Origin: Eledone cirrhosa
Taxonomy: Eukaryota
Length of the DNA stretch: 64,000 bases
Direction of reading: 5' to 3'
Assembly (NCBI GenBank): GCA_964016885.1
Contig: OZ024742.1
Span: 90,210,001-90,274,000, forward strand
In this document: positions 42,716 to 58,050 of the stretch, piece by piece
Layout: every line of letters starts with the position of its first letter
Position numbering within the stretch: the stretch's first letter is position 1
The notes under the pieces: generated by a model
Database searches by the model: none
What the model saw: only the letters and a program-made list of their open reading frames with translations
Told to the model about the DNA's origin: nothing
Position numbers and translations under genes: made by a program

Positions 42716-43508
42716 TAAAATAAATGAATAAATGCTAATAAATAAGTGCTAATAAACAAGTTACATCTAGGATTATAGAAAATAATACAAAATATGAAAA
42801 TAAAATAAATAAAAAATGTTATGGCCTCAGCCGGATGGCTGAAACAGGTAAAATAGTAAAAGAGTAAAAGAGTATGTAAGAAAAATAAACATAGTAAGAT
42901 TATTAAGAGTAGTTGTGGTGTTGGTGGTTAAAATATAGAGATACAAAAGTATATACATGAAAATGTTAAATATATTTATGTGTTTATTGGTTATTTTAAT
43001 AAATTAATTATATAATTAATTATTTTATTAATGAATTGCAAGTTATATTAGAAGTGGTGAAAATAATATGATAAGATAAAATGCAAGAGATGAAATAAAT
43101 TTAGGGAAAGAAATAGAAAGATAGAAAGTGAAAGAGAGACATATATAATATAAAATATAAAAGGTTATGATGTTGGTTCATTGATAGATGATGACAATTA
43201 TAATAATAATGATGATAATTGGATATTATAACAGATCTAAGTGGTACAATTAGAGTTATGGAATAGATCGGATGAATTAAGTTCGTCTAAAGTTATCAAA
43301 TTTGGTCGCCATTTTATGCCTACAGAAAATAGTTCTTGCAATTTTGCTGTTAAGTAGCATGTTGTTGTACTTTAACATTTGGAATAAGTCCATATTACAA
43401 AGACCACACTGGGACATGCCAATTCTATAGGCTATTGCCGTTGATAACTTCATCCAGCTGATTATGTATTCCTGGTTTGCTTCATTGATCTGCCAGATTT
43501 TATTGGCA

Positions 43509-44988
43509 AAATTAGCTAAGTTAACAAGTATATATTAGATAGAATAATACCACAAATTAAAGAAAAACTAATAATTAACCTCTCGGGTAACACTAACGAA
43601 GCAATAGATCGGTTTAGCAAACTAGACAATAAATAATCTTCCGACTTCATACAATTTGAAGAAAACTACAAAGTATACACTCAATAACATTAACAAGGAA
43701 GGATTTAATATAGAAAAAAAACTTTCAATATCTGATAGAACCCTTGTAAACCCACCTGTAAACCCACTTTTAATTTGAAGGACCATAAATGCAACTTCGA
43801 AAATGATCCTACTATTAGATTAATATGTCCATCAAAATCTGATACAGGCAAAATTAGCAAGTATATATTATATAGAATAATACCACAAATTAAAGAAAAA
43901 CTAATTATTAACCTCTGGGGTAACACTAACGAAGAAATAGATTTGTTAAGCAAATTAGACAATAAAGAATCTTCCGACTTCATACAATTTGAAGAAAACT
44001 ACAAACTCCACACTCAATAACATTAACAAGGAAGGACTTAATATAGAAAAAAAAACTTTAAATATCTGATAGAACCTTGTAAACCCACTTGTAAACCCAC
44101 TTTTAATTTGAAGGACCATAAATGCAACTTCGAAAATGACCCTACTATTAGATTAATATGTCCATCAAAATCTGATACAGGCAAAATTAGCAAGTATATA
44201 TTATATAGAATAATACCACAAATTAAAGAAAAACTAATTATTAACCTCTGGGGTAACACTAACGAAGAAATAGATTTGTTAAGCAAATTAGACAATAAAG
44301 AATCTTCCGGCTTCATACAATTTGAAGAAAACTACAAACTCTACACTCAATAACATTAACAAGGAAGGACTTAATATAGAAAAAAAACTTTAAATATCTG
44401 ATAGAACCCTTGTAAACCCACTTGTAAACCCACTTTTAATTTGAAGGACCATAAATGCAACTTCGAAAATGACCCTACTATTAGATTAATATGTCCATCA
44501 AAATCTGATATAGGCAAAATTAGCAAGTATATACTAGATAGAATAATATCACAAATTAAAGAAAAAATCATAATTAAGCTCTGGGGTAACACTAACGAAA
44601 CAAAAGAGTGGTTTAGCAAATTAGACAATAAAGAATATTCCGACTTCATACAATTTGAAGAAAACTACAAACTCTACACTCAATAACATTAACAAGGAAG
44701 GACTTAATATAGTAAAAAAACTTTAAATATCTGATAGAACCGAACGTCTAACCCCTCGTAAACCCACTTTTAATTTGGAGGACCATAAATGCAACTTCGA
44801 AAATGACCCTACTATTAGATTAATATGTCCATCAAAATCTGATATAGGCAAAATTAGCAAGTATATACTAGATAGAATAATACCACAAATTTTTAAAAAA
44901 TCATAATTAAGCTCTGGGGCAACACTAACGAAACAATAGATTGGTTTAGCAAATTAGACAATAAAGAATCTTCCGACTTCATACAATT
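43509..44988 (+). repeat. 333-bp tandem repeat (~4.4 copies) of a Naiad RT N-terminal segment
   Basis: ORFs at 43775, 44108 and 44441 are offset by exactly 333; last copy runs on into the rest of the RT. Confidence 0.95.
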
Positions 44989-46697
44989 TTATATCAATGT
45001 CTACTACTCTTCTATTTCCTCAGTAACCCTAAATAAGGCATTAACCTTTGCACACAAAAACTCTGACCTACCACTAGAGGAAATTAAAATAATACTAGCT
45101 TCTAGAAGAACAATCATTAGGTTCGATAAGCGTTACTGGGAAAGAAAAAATAGACAAAATAACTTTGATATCACTATGGGATCGAACGATTCAGCCCAAG
45201 TAACGGACATTGTCGGAATATATATAGCACATATTTTACATAGGAATTTGATAACCTACAGGGAGGAATTTATAGAGACGATACATTACTTTTAGCTAAA
45301 AACCTAAATAATCAAAACTTAGGAAGTTTACGGAAATGGATTAGAAAATTATTCAATAAATTAGGCTTTAGCATCACTTTTGAACTCAACTCTAAAAAAG
45401 CTAACTTCTTAGATGTATCACTTAACCTAAACACTGGATTAAAATAATGAAAATCTAGCTTACATTAATTATAAACTCTAATCACCCTCGCCCCATAATT
45501 AACTCCATAGCACATAGTATATCCCTTAGAATCTCGCGCTTATCTTCTAATCTAGAGATTTTTAACGAACACACTAACTACTACAACATAGCTTTACTTA
45601 ATGGCAGGCCATAAAGAGAGACTCAAATACATACCAGATACAAAAAATAACAACACACTTAACAGAAATAACACTCTCCACACCTATAGAAGCAACAAAT
45701 CTAGGATTAAACATAGAAATTGGCAACAAGCACGAGAATTAATTAAACCGAATACTAATATAAAGTCCACTAGAAACTATAGAACATGCATAGATAGAAA
45801 ATACTTATGGTTCAATCCAATATTTAACTCTATAAAAACAAAACTACGTTATAATTTCTTTAAATTAGTTGTCAAACACTTCCCTAAACTTCATAAATAT
45901 CATAAAATCTTTAATAAAAAAACTATCAAACTATCTTACTCCACTGCCAACAGCATAGAATCGCACATACATGAAATTAACTATAAGAGAAATCTCTAAT
46001 ACAATTAGCCAGCAAACAAGTACCAGAACACCAAATATAAAACACAAACACATTACATCATCAAAACCAAATACCCGTCAGAACACATCACCACAATACA
46101 TCAACAAACCCAATTATCAGCACATATATAACAACATACAAAACCATATCGAGGAACCGGCACATAGGGTGGCATCAAAATGTAACTGTCATCTACCTGA
46201 TAAATGCCGATTACAAAATAGATGCCTGGAATCAAATATAATGTACCTATGTACTATAAATTCAGGCAATTTAGCATGGCACTACATCGGGCACAAAACG
46301 GGGGGGGGGGGGGGGTCAAGAAAATGTGGTATGTCCACAGACACTCTATAAATAACAGGAAGCTTATGAATACAAGAACGCTCGCCAATAAAATCTGGCA
46401 GATCAAAGATGCACACCAGGAATACAGAATCAGCTGGATGCAGTTATCAACTACAATAGCCTATAGAATTGGCATGTCCGACTGTGGTCTTTGTAATATG
46501 GAGCTATTCCAAATTTTAAGATACAACAAAATGCTGCTTAACAGTAAAATTGAAAAACTATTTTCTGTAGGTATAAAACGGCGACCAAATTTGATAACTT
46601 TAGACGAACTTAATTCATCCCATCTATTCCATAACTCTAATTGTACCACTTAGATCTATTATAATATCCAATTATCATCATTATTATTATAATTATA

Positions 46698-47000
46698 AGG
46701 GCGGTGAATTGGCTGTATCGGTAGAGGCTCGGGCATGCTTTCCAGCATAGTTACGTCCCTTTACGATCTGAGTTCAAATCCCGCCGAGGTTAACTTTGCC
46801 TTTCATCCTTACGGGGTCGATAACATAAAGTACCAGTAATATACTGGAATAATTGCTGGCCTTGTGCCAAAAGTAGAAACAATTATTATTACAATTATTA
46901 TTAGGTTAACTTTGCCTTTCATCATTACGGGGTCGATAAAATAAAGTACCAGTAATGCACTGGTTATTTGCTGGCCTTGTGCCAAAAGTAGAAATAATTA
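46698..47000 (+). mobile_element. Full tRNA-derived SINE (46698-46886) plus a 5'-truncated copy (46904-47000) in an (ATT)n tract
   Basis: Same SINE sequence; absent from the mirrored arm near 43200. Confidence 0.92.
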
Positions 47001-47678
47001 TTATTATAATTGTCATCATCTGTCAATGAACCAACATCATAACCTATTATATTTTATATTTTATTTTATATATATCTCTCTTTACTTTTCACTTTCTATC
47101 TTTCTATTTCTCTCCCTAAATTTATTTCATCTCTTGCATTTTATCTTATATTATTTTCACATCTAATATAACTTGCAATTAATTAATCAAAAAATTAATT
47201 ATATAATTAATTTATTAAAATAACCAATACACACATAAATATATTTAACATTTTCATGTTTATACCTTCGTATCTCTATATTTTAACCACCAACACCACA
47301 ACTACTCTTAATAATCTTACTATGTTTACTTTTCTTACATATAAACATTTTTTATTATTTTATTTTCATATTTTGTATTATTTTCTATAATCCTAGATGT
47401 AACTTGTTTATTAGCACTTATTTATTAGCATTTATTCATTTATTCTTGATATGATTATTTTTCCCTTTATTTTTATTTTTATTTACGTTTATTTCTTATT
47501 TATCCTTTTCTCTTCTCTTTCTAACATCTATTCTCTCTGTCATTTTCTTTTTTCCGTTCTCCTTTGTCTTTCTTTCGTCTCTCTATCTCTCTTTCGTTTT
47601 TCTCTCTATATCTTTATTATTAATATTATTAATGATGCTGTAATTTGAATTCGTAAAGATACTGGAAATATAACAGTT

Positions 47679-47784
47679 ATCTCCGATGATCTGGTTAAGC
47701 TAACAACGTATTGAAAATTGAGTAGCACTGCTTCAAGTGTTCAGCAATATTCAGACAACTTAATCAGTGAAACAATTGTGAGGC
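47679..47784 (+). ncRNA. Degenerate hammerhead with long stem II in Naiad pLTR
   Basis: CCGATGA-T-CTGGTTAAG...CTTAATCAG-T-GAAA-CAATTG-TG; U4 and position 17 deviate from consensus. Confidence 0.5.
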
Positions 47785-48014
47785 TGTAAATAAAACCCTT
47801 TTTTGTAATTGACCATGTTGTTCTTCACTCTTTCAATATTATTACTCCAGCATAAAATGACATAGGAATACAAGAGAACTCATAAACTCGCCACCTACGT
47901 AAACCTCTTGTTGAGTCAAATAACGCCGTGCGCTAAACTATCCATAATACGAAGTATTCACAGCCTCTACCTGGATTACCTATAACGATATTTTGTTATC
48001 TGTAATATATATAT

Positions 48015-48531
48015 ACCCCCTCCCCCACCCCTCTGACCCCTCCTCATCCACATACGCACACACACCGACCTATACCCACCCCACACAGACCTTTTCCTGA
48101 ATATGGAACCTCGTTCTTCCCCCAACTCTCACGTTCAAATACACACACACGTACACCTACACACACACACCACCTTCAGCCCTCCCCGCTCGAAAATCCC
48201 GCCTCCCTTTCCTCACTCCACCCGCCACCACCCCTACACGCCCCACACCCTTCCACCACTTGTTTATCTTCATGTTTATTTTCATTTTTATTATTTTTTA
48301 TATTTATTTTCATTTGTACCCCTTCCACCGTTTCCTCTCATCCCCTTTTTTCTAAATGTCTCTCCCCCACTCCCTTACACAACCTTGGAACTCTCTTCCC
48401 ACACACTTTTCGCCTGAAGAAGGGCTTATGCCCGAAACGTCGCCCCCCCCCCCTCCACAATCTCAAGACCGTGAAAATAATAAACCCTTGTTCGTACTGC
48501 CTCTTTGTTTTGTTCTCGTTCCATTTTTCAC

Positions 48532-48532
<1 letters not shown>
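48015..48532 (+). mobile_element. C-rich solo pLTR fragment of a Neptune-type element with minimal hammerhead at 48411-48443
   Basis: CTGAAGA-AGGGC-TTAT-GCCC-GAAA-CGTCG followed by aataaa and (TA)n; composition like the 3' UTR at 2234-2845 (-). Confidence 0.75.
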
Positions 48533-48585
<53 letters not shown>

Positions 48586-48586
48586 T

Positions 48587-48955
48587 AAAAGGAATTCCAA
48601 CTTTGTCTATTTACTCGTTTTATTTACAATACTTTAAAATTATAATGATATTAGAATGAAATAGTATGGTAGAATATTAAATGTTAAATGCTAATTGAAC
48701 AAGTACTTTCATGCTTTCGCAATCTTCAGGTTAATATTCTGTGGTGACAGTCAAGTTTGCAATATTCGACTGTGAAAAATGCAAACTTGACTGTCACTCC
48801 AGAATATGAACTTGAAGATTGCGAAAGCATGAAAGTACTTGTTCAGTTAACACTTAACATTTAATATTCTGCCATACTATTTCATTCTAATACCATTATA
48901 ATTTTAAAGGATTGTAAATAAAACGAGTAAATCAGACAAAGTTGGAATTCCTTTT
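48587..48955. repeat. Fold-back element (~175 bp arms, ~18 bp spacer) with a hammerhead-like motif in each arm
   Basis: Arm consensus TGAAC-CTGAAGA-T-TGC-GAAA-GCA-T-GAAA-GTAC-TT-GTTCA; core intact in left arm (-), C3U in right arm. Confidence 0.9.
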
Positions 48956-48996
48956 AATAATATAATCTTCTATACACAATCATGCACACCCGTGTA

Positions 48997-51110
<2,114 letters not shown>

Positions 51111-51186
51111 CTGGAACCGTCGAGCAAACTCTACGTGAGCTGTCCATCTACTGTGTGTAATATTTATATCACAACACTACGGAAAA

Positions 51187-51249
<63 letters not shown>

Positions 51250-51294
51250 GAGAGAGAAAGAGAGAGAGAGAGAAAGAATTATATATATATATAT

Positions 51295-53405
51295 ATTGTT
51301 ATACTTGGAGAGGGTCATATTGTTGTAATAATGTTGCCAAAATTAAGAACAGAACACACTCACTGTTTGTTGGTTGGTTTCCGCTTCTGTATCTTTTATA
51401 TCAGTTAATTTATTCGGTCCTCAATGTTTACCATTGACTGACCAACGGTAAAAAAGTACATATATAATATAGACACAAACACATATATATAGTCTAACAA
51501 AGTTCTTTCGTTGCACATCTGCAACATCGTCAGTGGTGCTATTATTACGTTCCTCCTATTTTATTGTATATCTACGCCATCTTTATTTAATCTCTTTATT
51601 TATTTATTTATTTTTGTCTTCTCTGCGCTTGCGTTTGCGTGTATGTATAGTGTTGCGTGTGTGTTCGCATTTAGGTAACTGTGTTTTGGTTATTGTATTC
51701 TATCTTAGATTACTAGTGTGTGTTTATATGTGTTTGTTGTTATTGTGCTTGTGTATATATTTATTGATTTATTTATTTATATTTCTCTTAGGTCAGTATT
51801 CTTTGTTTGGGTGTTGTTATTCCATTCATTTTTTCTGTTTAGCTTTGGCCTTCTAAGTTCTATTTCACTTGCCTCCCCGATTTGCCTATCTGCTGGGTCA
51901 TTTCTATGTTTAGATATTATTTTAATTTCTATGTTGTCTATGTTACCCTCATGTTGTTGTCTGGCATGTTCGTATAGTACTGAACCGTTTTTTCGTCCTT
52001 TCAGTTCCCCCCAGTGTTGGTCTATCATTTCACCTATGCTACGAGCTATCTCGCCTATGTATGTTGTTGTTATGTTTCTGCAAGTACCCTCTATACATAT
52101 TATGCTATAGACTACGTTTCTAGTTTTACAGTTTATCCGGGAGGTTACTTTACATATAATACATTTCCTATTAGTACAGTGGGTTTTCTTAAAAGGGTAT
52201 ATTTTGCTGATCAGGGATTTTATGGTAGTTCCTGGCTTTTCTACCACCTTAATCTTTAAGAGGGTCTTTCTCAGGGCCTTTCTACACTGGTTAGCTAATT
52301 TCCTTCCAGGGGTAGCGTCCACGAATATGACACTTTGGTATCTCTGGTTGTCGTACCATGAGGTGGCTTTCCTTATCTCATGTATAGTCTTATCTAAGCT
52401 ATTCCCTGATTTGCTCCTGTATAATGGGCAAATTCCTTTCATGTCCAGTTCTATGAGGGTCTTATACTTCTCCGCGGCTCCTTCGTATACTCTGATTCTG
52501 TCTCTTTGGTTGTATCCAGTGAACTGCATGCAGTTGATGATGTGTTGGATGTGTCTTTCCATATCTGTTGGATCGCACATGCGGGACACGTTCTTCGTCA
52601 CTCGTACCAAGTCTGCGATCACAATATTAAACTTAGCACTAGTGGACATTGCTGAGTTTTTGAGTATCAGGTATTTGGGGGCCATGGGTTTAGCGTAGTG
52701 TGAGTAGAGAATTTAGGCCCTCTCGTCTATAGTGTTAATCCAGAGTTCCGTGTCGAATACAGGTAGTCTACTGTTAGAGTGTTTGGAAGGGTAGTCGATA
52801 TTTACAGTTATACTCTGGTGTATGGAATTAGCTATCTGCTGGATGCATTCCATTGTGCTACATTCTAAATCATACTTGCTAGTACTCTCTTGTGGGGGTG
52901 TCCTTATTACTATATTAATATCGTCTACGTAACGAGAGTACATGATGAGGTCTATGGAGCCCTCATCAATGAGTTCCTTGAGTCTCCTTTTTCACCATAC
53001 CATAAAAAGGTTGGCAACATCACCAGCGATGCTGTCGCCAATGGCTGCTCCCTCATTTTGGGTGTAGATCTTCTCGTTTAATTTGAATATGTGGCCTTTT
53101 AGGGTAGTTTTAATACTAGCCTCTATTTCATGTGCGACCATTTTTCTTACCTGATCGTTGTTTTGGGGGTCCGTAGGACTTTGGTCCACCCAATCGACCT
53201 ACCCATGTGAGTCCTTTTTGCCATTGAGGTTATGGAGGGGGTCTACCTATTATGGGTCTACTGGGGCAGCAACGGCTAATCTCATGGCTGTCTAGGTAGT
53301 CAGTGTCATAGGTAGGTCTAAGTAGGAGGCCCAGTTCGTCTGTGACAAGGTCGCAGAACTCCATCCCACTCTCACTGATCATCTCCACACATTTTTCCAC
53401 AGCAA
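51295..53405 (-). mobile_element. Degenerate Penelope-like element of a different lineage (RT + GIY-YIG, 51777-53405) with 3' flank
   Basis: GAAIG.SIAGDVANLFMVW, RYVDDINI, DYPSKHSNSRLPVFD, HYAKPMA, CIIC, NVVYSIIC...YIGE.ARS; 51295-51455 is similar to 62330-62490. Confidence 0.88.
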
Positions 53406-53407
53406 AA

Positions 53408-53928
53408 TCTAAACTATAATAAAGGAAGGTCTGCGGGACTGCGTACGGTTTATTTTTTGTTATCCCGTTTGTAAAATAAGTTGGATTATTTTGAATAAAT
53501 AATGAATGAATATTATATAATTTATCTACTAAATTTCGTAAACAAAAATAATTTCGCAAATATAAATAATTTAAAATTGGCTTCTTTTCAAAGTTGCACT
53601 TCCGGTATATCGTTGCCACCACCACCACCACTTCAACTACCATATATATATATATACCTCCGGTGGCGATCGTTTAAATAAAGATACTATTTTTCTGTCA
53701 CTAAATTTCTCCTAATGCAGTTTATATATAATATCGTCTTCTTTTAATGTATCATGGATTACGTTACTGATTACATAAGACAATGTAGCACAGTCTTCTT
53801 TCAATTTCTGTGTATATGGTCAATTACGATTTTATTTGATCATATCTACATGTATATATACTTGCGTATAATATCAATATACACACTACACATGCTAACA
53901 GAAAACCAGCCTTCGGTTTTTCTGCTAG
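53408..53928 (+). mobile_element. Non-autonomous Helitron-type element
   Basis: A|TCTAAACTATAATAAAGG ... gaaaaccagccttcggtttttctgCTAG|T. Confidence 0.8.
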
Positions 53929-54018
53929 TATATATAATTATTTATATATAATTCTATAGGCTAATTCTGAACTAAATATTGTCCACCTTGATCCTTACCA
54001 CATTTCCTTCGTTATAAT

Positions 54019-54243
<225 letters not shown>

Positions 54244-54255
54244 TATATATATATA

Positions 54256-54406
<151 letters not shown>

Positions 54407-54418
54407 TATATATATATA

Positions 54419-54454
<36 letters not shown>

Positions 54455-54564
54455 TATATATATATATATATATATATAATTATATATATATAATTATATA
54501 TATATATATAATTATATATATATATATATATATATAAATATAATTATATATATATATATATAAT

Positions 54565-54604
<40 letters not shown>

Positions 54605-54803
54605 ATTATAACGAAGGAAATGTGGTAAGGAAACAGGTGGACCATAACGCACCAAAGTACTTAATACTTCGGGTAGTAGAGTGGGTAATAGGAACCAGTA
54701 AGACCCCGACGGCTGAGCTCAAGCCGTTTCGACGGCTAATTCTGGACTATATAACGATATATATATATATATATATAATTATATATATATAATTATATAT
54801 ATA

Positions 54804-54885
<82 letters not shown>

Positions 54886-55070
54886 TAACGAAGGAAATGT
54901 GGTAAGGAACCAGGTGGACCATATTTAGTTCAGAATTAGCCGTCGAAATGGCTTGAGCTCAGCCGTCGGGGTCCTACTCGTTCCCATATATAATTATATA
55001 TATATATATAGTTATGTAATAATCAATATATATATTTATTTATAGAATTATATATAAATAATTATATATA

Positions 55071-55616
55071 CTAGCAGAAAAACCACCGTTCGGGTGGTTT
55101 TCTGCTAGCATTTGTGGTCTGAATATATGATATTATACGCAGGTATATATATACATGTAGATATGAATCATCATATAAAATCGTAATTCACAATATACAC
55201 AGAAATTTAACTAAGACAGCGTTACATTGTCTTATGTAATCAGTAACGTAATCCATGATACATTAAAAGATTATATTATATATAAACTGCATTAGGAGAA
55301 AATTAATGACAGAAAATTAGTATGTTTATTTAAGCGATCGGCACGGGAAGTGTTGACATCACACATTCTTTCTTTCTATATATATGGTAGTTGAAGTCGT
55401 GGTGGTGGCGACGAAATACCGGAAGTGCAACTTTTTAAAGAAGTCAATTTTAAATTATTTCTTTTTACGAAATTATTTTTGTATACGAAATTGAGTAGAT
55501 AAATTATGTAATATTCATTCAATATTTATTCAAAATAATCCAACTTATTTTACAAACGGGATAAAAAAAAATAAACCGTACGCAATCCCACATACTTTCC
55601 TTTATTATAGTTAAGA
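55071..55616 (-). mobile_element. Non-autonomous Helitron-type element, inverted relative to 53408-53928
   Basis: Terminal palindrome ctagcagaaaaaccaccgttcgggtggttttctgctag; other end cctttattatagttaaGA|T. Confidence 0.8.
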
Positions 55617-55629
55617 TATATATATAATT

Positions 55630-55910
55630 ATATTATTTCACCTCAATTGGGCCTGCTCTCTTTAACATTACACCAAAAGACATCAAAACAGAAAGAGACC
55701 TGATCAAGTTCAAGAAGTCTTTGGACTAATTCCTTCAAGAAATCCCGCATAAGCCTCCTGCACACGGATATGCCTCCGTAAACAAAAATTCTCAAAACGA
55801 GTGGGCCATGGTGCCCAAACCCTGATGTGTAAGATTTTGCCGGGTGGTTCTATTAAGTTAGACATTGCTAGGGCCAATACTGGCCGAAATCTATCAAAGT
55901 TATCAAAGTT
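55630..55910 (+). mobile_element. 3' end of a CR1-group LINE
   Basis: GPALFNITPKDIK...FKKSLD*FLQEIPHKP..GY..NS; 3' hairpin ggccaatactggcc and tail (atcaaagtt)2. Confidence 0.7.
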
Positions 55911-55919
55911 ATATATTAC

Positions 55920-55993
<74 letters not shown>

Positions 55994-56421
55994 TCGCTGA
56001 GTTGGTTCTGTTATTAAATCTGAAATTAGAAATTAGAAATTGGAATAAATGCTCTGAAATAGCGATATATATGTGAATATAGACATAGAATATTCGAAAA
56101 TATTCTGTATGTTTATAATAAACATTTCTAATAAGAATGAAACGCGTAGATTACTTCCCTTGCTTTTATCGAGAATCTAATTGTAATACGTGACGTATTC
56201 TATTCTATAGCGATTAGGTCTTCAAAATGTTTATTATAAACATACAGAATATTTTCGAATATTCTATGTCTATATTCACATATATATCGCTATTTCAGAG
56301 CATTTATTCCAATTTCTAATTTCTGCCGGACCGGCAACCGCTCTTTCAAACCAGCTCCTGTACACAGCTAAGTATTCTATAAGTCTCTAGCTGTGTCATT
56401 CTCGATAAAAGCACTGGATAT

Positions 56422-56464
56422 GTGGTCCTGAAGATTTCTAATAAGAATGAAACGCGTAGATTAC
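56422..56464 (+). ncRNA. Minimal type I hammerhead ribozyme
   Basis: GTGGTC-CTGAAGA-T-TTCT-AATA-AGAA-T-GAAA-CGCG-TA-GATTAC; predicted cleavage after 56458. Confidence 0.88.
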
Positions 56465-56731
56465 TTCCCTTGCTTTTATCGAGAATCTAATTGTAATACG
56501 TGACGTATTCTATTCTATAGCGATTAGGTCTTCAAAATGTTTATTATAAACATACAGAATATTTTCGAATATTCTATGTCTATATTCACATATATATCGC
56601 TATTTCAGAGCATTTATTCCAATTTCTAATTTCTGCCGGACCGGCAACCGCTCTTTCAAACCAGTTCCTGTACACAGCTAAGTATTCTATAAGTCTCTAG
56701 CTGTGTCATTCTCGATAAAAGCACTGGATAT

Positions 56732-56774
56732 GTGGTCCTGAAGATTTCTAATAAGAATGAAACGCGTAGATTAC
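56732..56774 (+). ncRNA. Minimal type I hammerhead ribozyme (next unit)
   Basis: Identical to 56422-56464; predicted cleavage after 56768. Confidence 0.88.
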
Positions 56775-56941
56775 TTCCCTTGCTTTTATCGAGAATCTAA
56801 TTGTAATACGTGACGTATTCTATTCTATAGCGATTAGGTCTTCAAAATGTTTATTATAAACATACAGAATATTTTCGAATATTCTATGTCTATATTCACA
56901 TATATATCGCTATTTCAGAGCATTTATATATATATATATAT

Positions 56942-57247
<306 letters not shown>

Positions 57248-57273
57248 GTTATATATATATATAATTATATGTA

Positions 57274-57305
<32 letters not shown>

Positions 57306-57682
57306 GTTATATATATATATATAATTATATGTATATATATATATACATATATATATATAGTTATATATATATATAATTATATGTATATATATAATTATAT
57401 ATATATATATGTAAAATTTATATTTAATTTGTTGGGATATAACATGCAAAAAAATTCTATAACTTACGTAAAGCACTCAACAAATTATTGGAGTAAATAT
57501 ACAATATATTAACAAATGGAAACTATATTTATAAAACCACATTTATTTCATTATACATATTTAAAGGGCCACCAAAGCAAACTATGGTGCGCTTTCATCA
57601 CATAATATATAATATAGGTTAGTTTTATAAATAAATATTGTCATACACATAAAAATAAAATATATATATATATATATATATA

Positions 57683-58040
57683 CATATAATTACACACAAA
57701 CAACGGACAACAGAGGCCACGTATTTTTATGTATATATATATATAATTACATATATAAAAAATTGCAGATGGGTAAATCTCCGGGTAACAGAATCCGGTG
57801 CTGAAGAGAGAGATGTAAGAGAAAATTTAGAATGTGATATATAGTGTGTAGAGGAACGTAGAAAAGAGCGTAAAAAATAAAAATAACACAAGATAGAGTT
57901 ACCTTGGGAGAGATTTAATTGTCCCTATATTTCGGATTTCGCATCCATCAACTGGGCTTTTCCGAGGGGGAATGTTATCTGACGGAGAGGAACGGTACGG
58001 GGCCGCTGTTGTCCGCTGTTTGTGTGTAATTATATGTATA
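57683..58040. repeat. pLTR-like fragment bounded by a ~40 bp inverted repeat
   Basis: acatataattacacacaaacaacggacaacag vs ctgttgtccgctgtttgtgtgtaattatatgt; internal GGAT-GCGAA-ATCC-GAAA remnant on the minus strand. Confidence 0.5.
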
Positions 58041-58050
58041 TATATATAAT

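Larger units (their letters stand above)
42718..48005 (+). mobile_element. Naiad-type element with inverted partial 3' copy at its 5' side (42718-43508 mirrors 46384-47445), degenerate ORF 43509-46653 and pLTR
   Basis: KDHKCNFENDPTIRLICPSKSDIGKISK, FDITMGSNDSAQVTDIVG, GGIYRDD, NFLDVSL, CNCHLPDKC, CGLCNME; inverted arms match by eye. Confidence 0.9.
56029..56925 (+). mobile_element. Retrozyme-like tandem array, family A: 2.6 units of 310 bp with a 5' inverted segment
   Basis: ataagaatgaaacgcgtag at 56131, 56441, 56751; 56029-56127 is the reverse complement of 56225-56323; lies between (TA)n tracts; no ORF. Confidence 0.92.
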
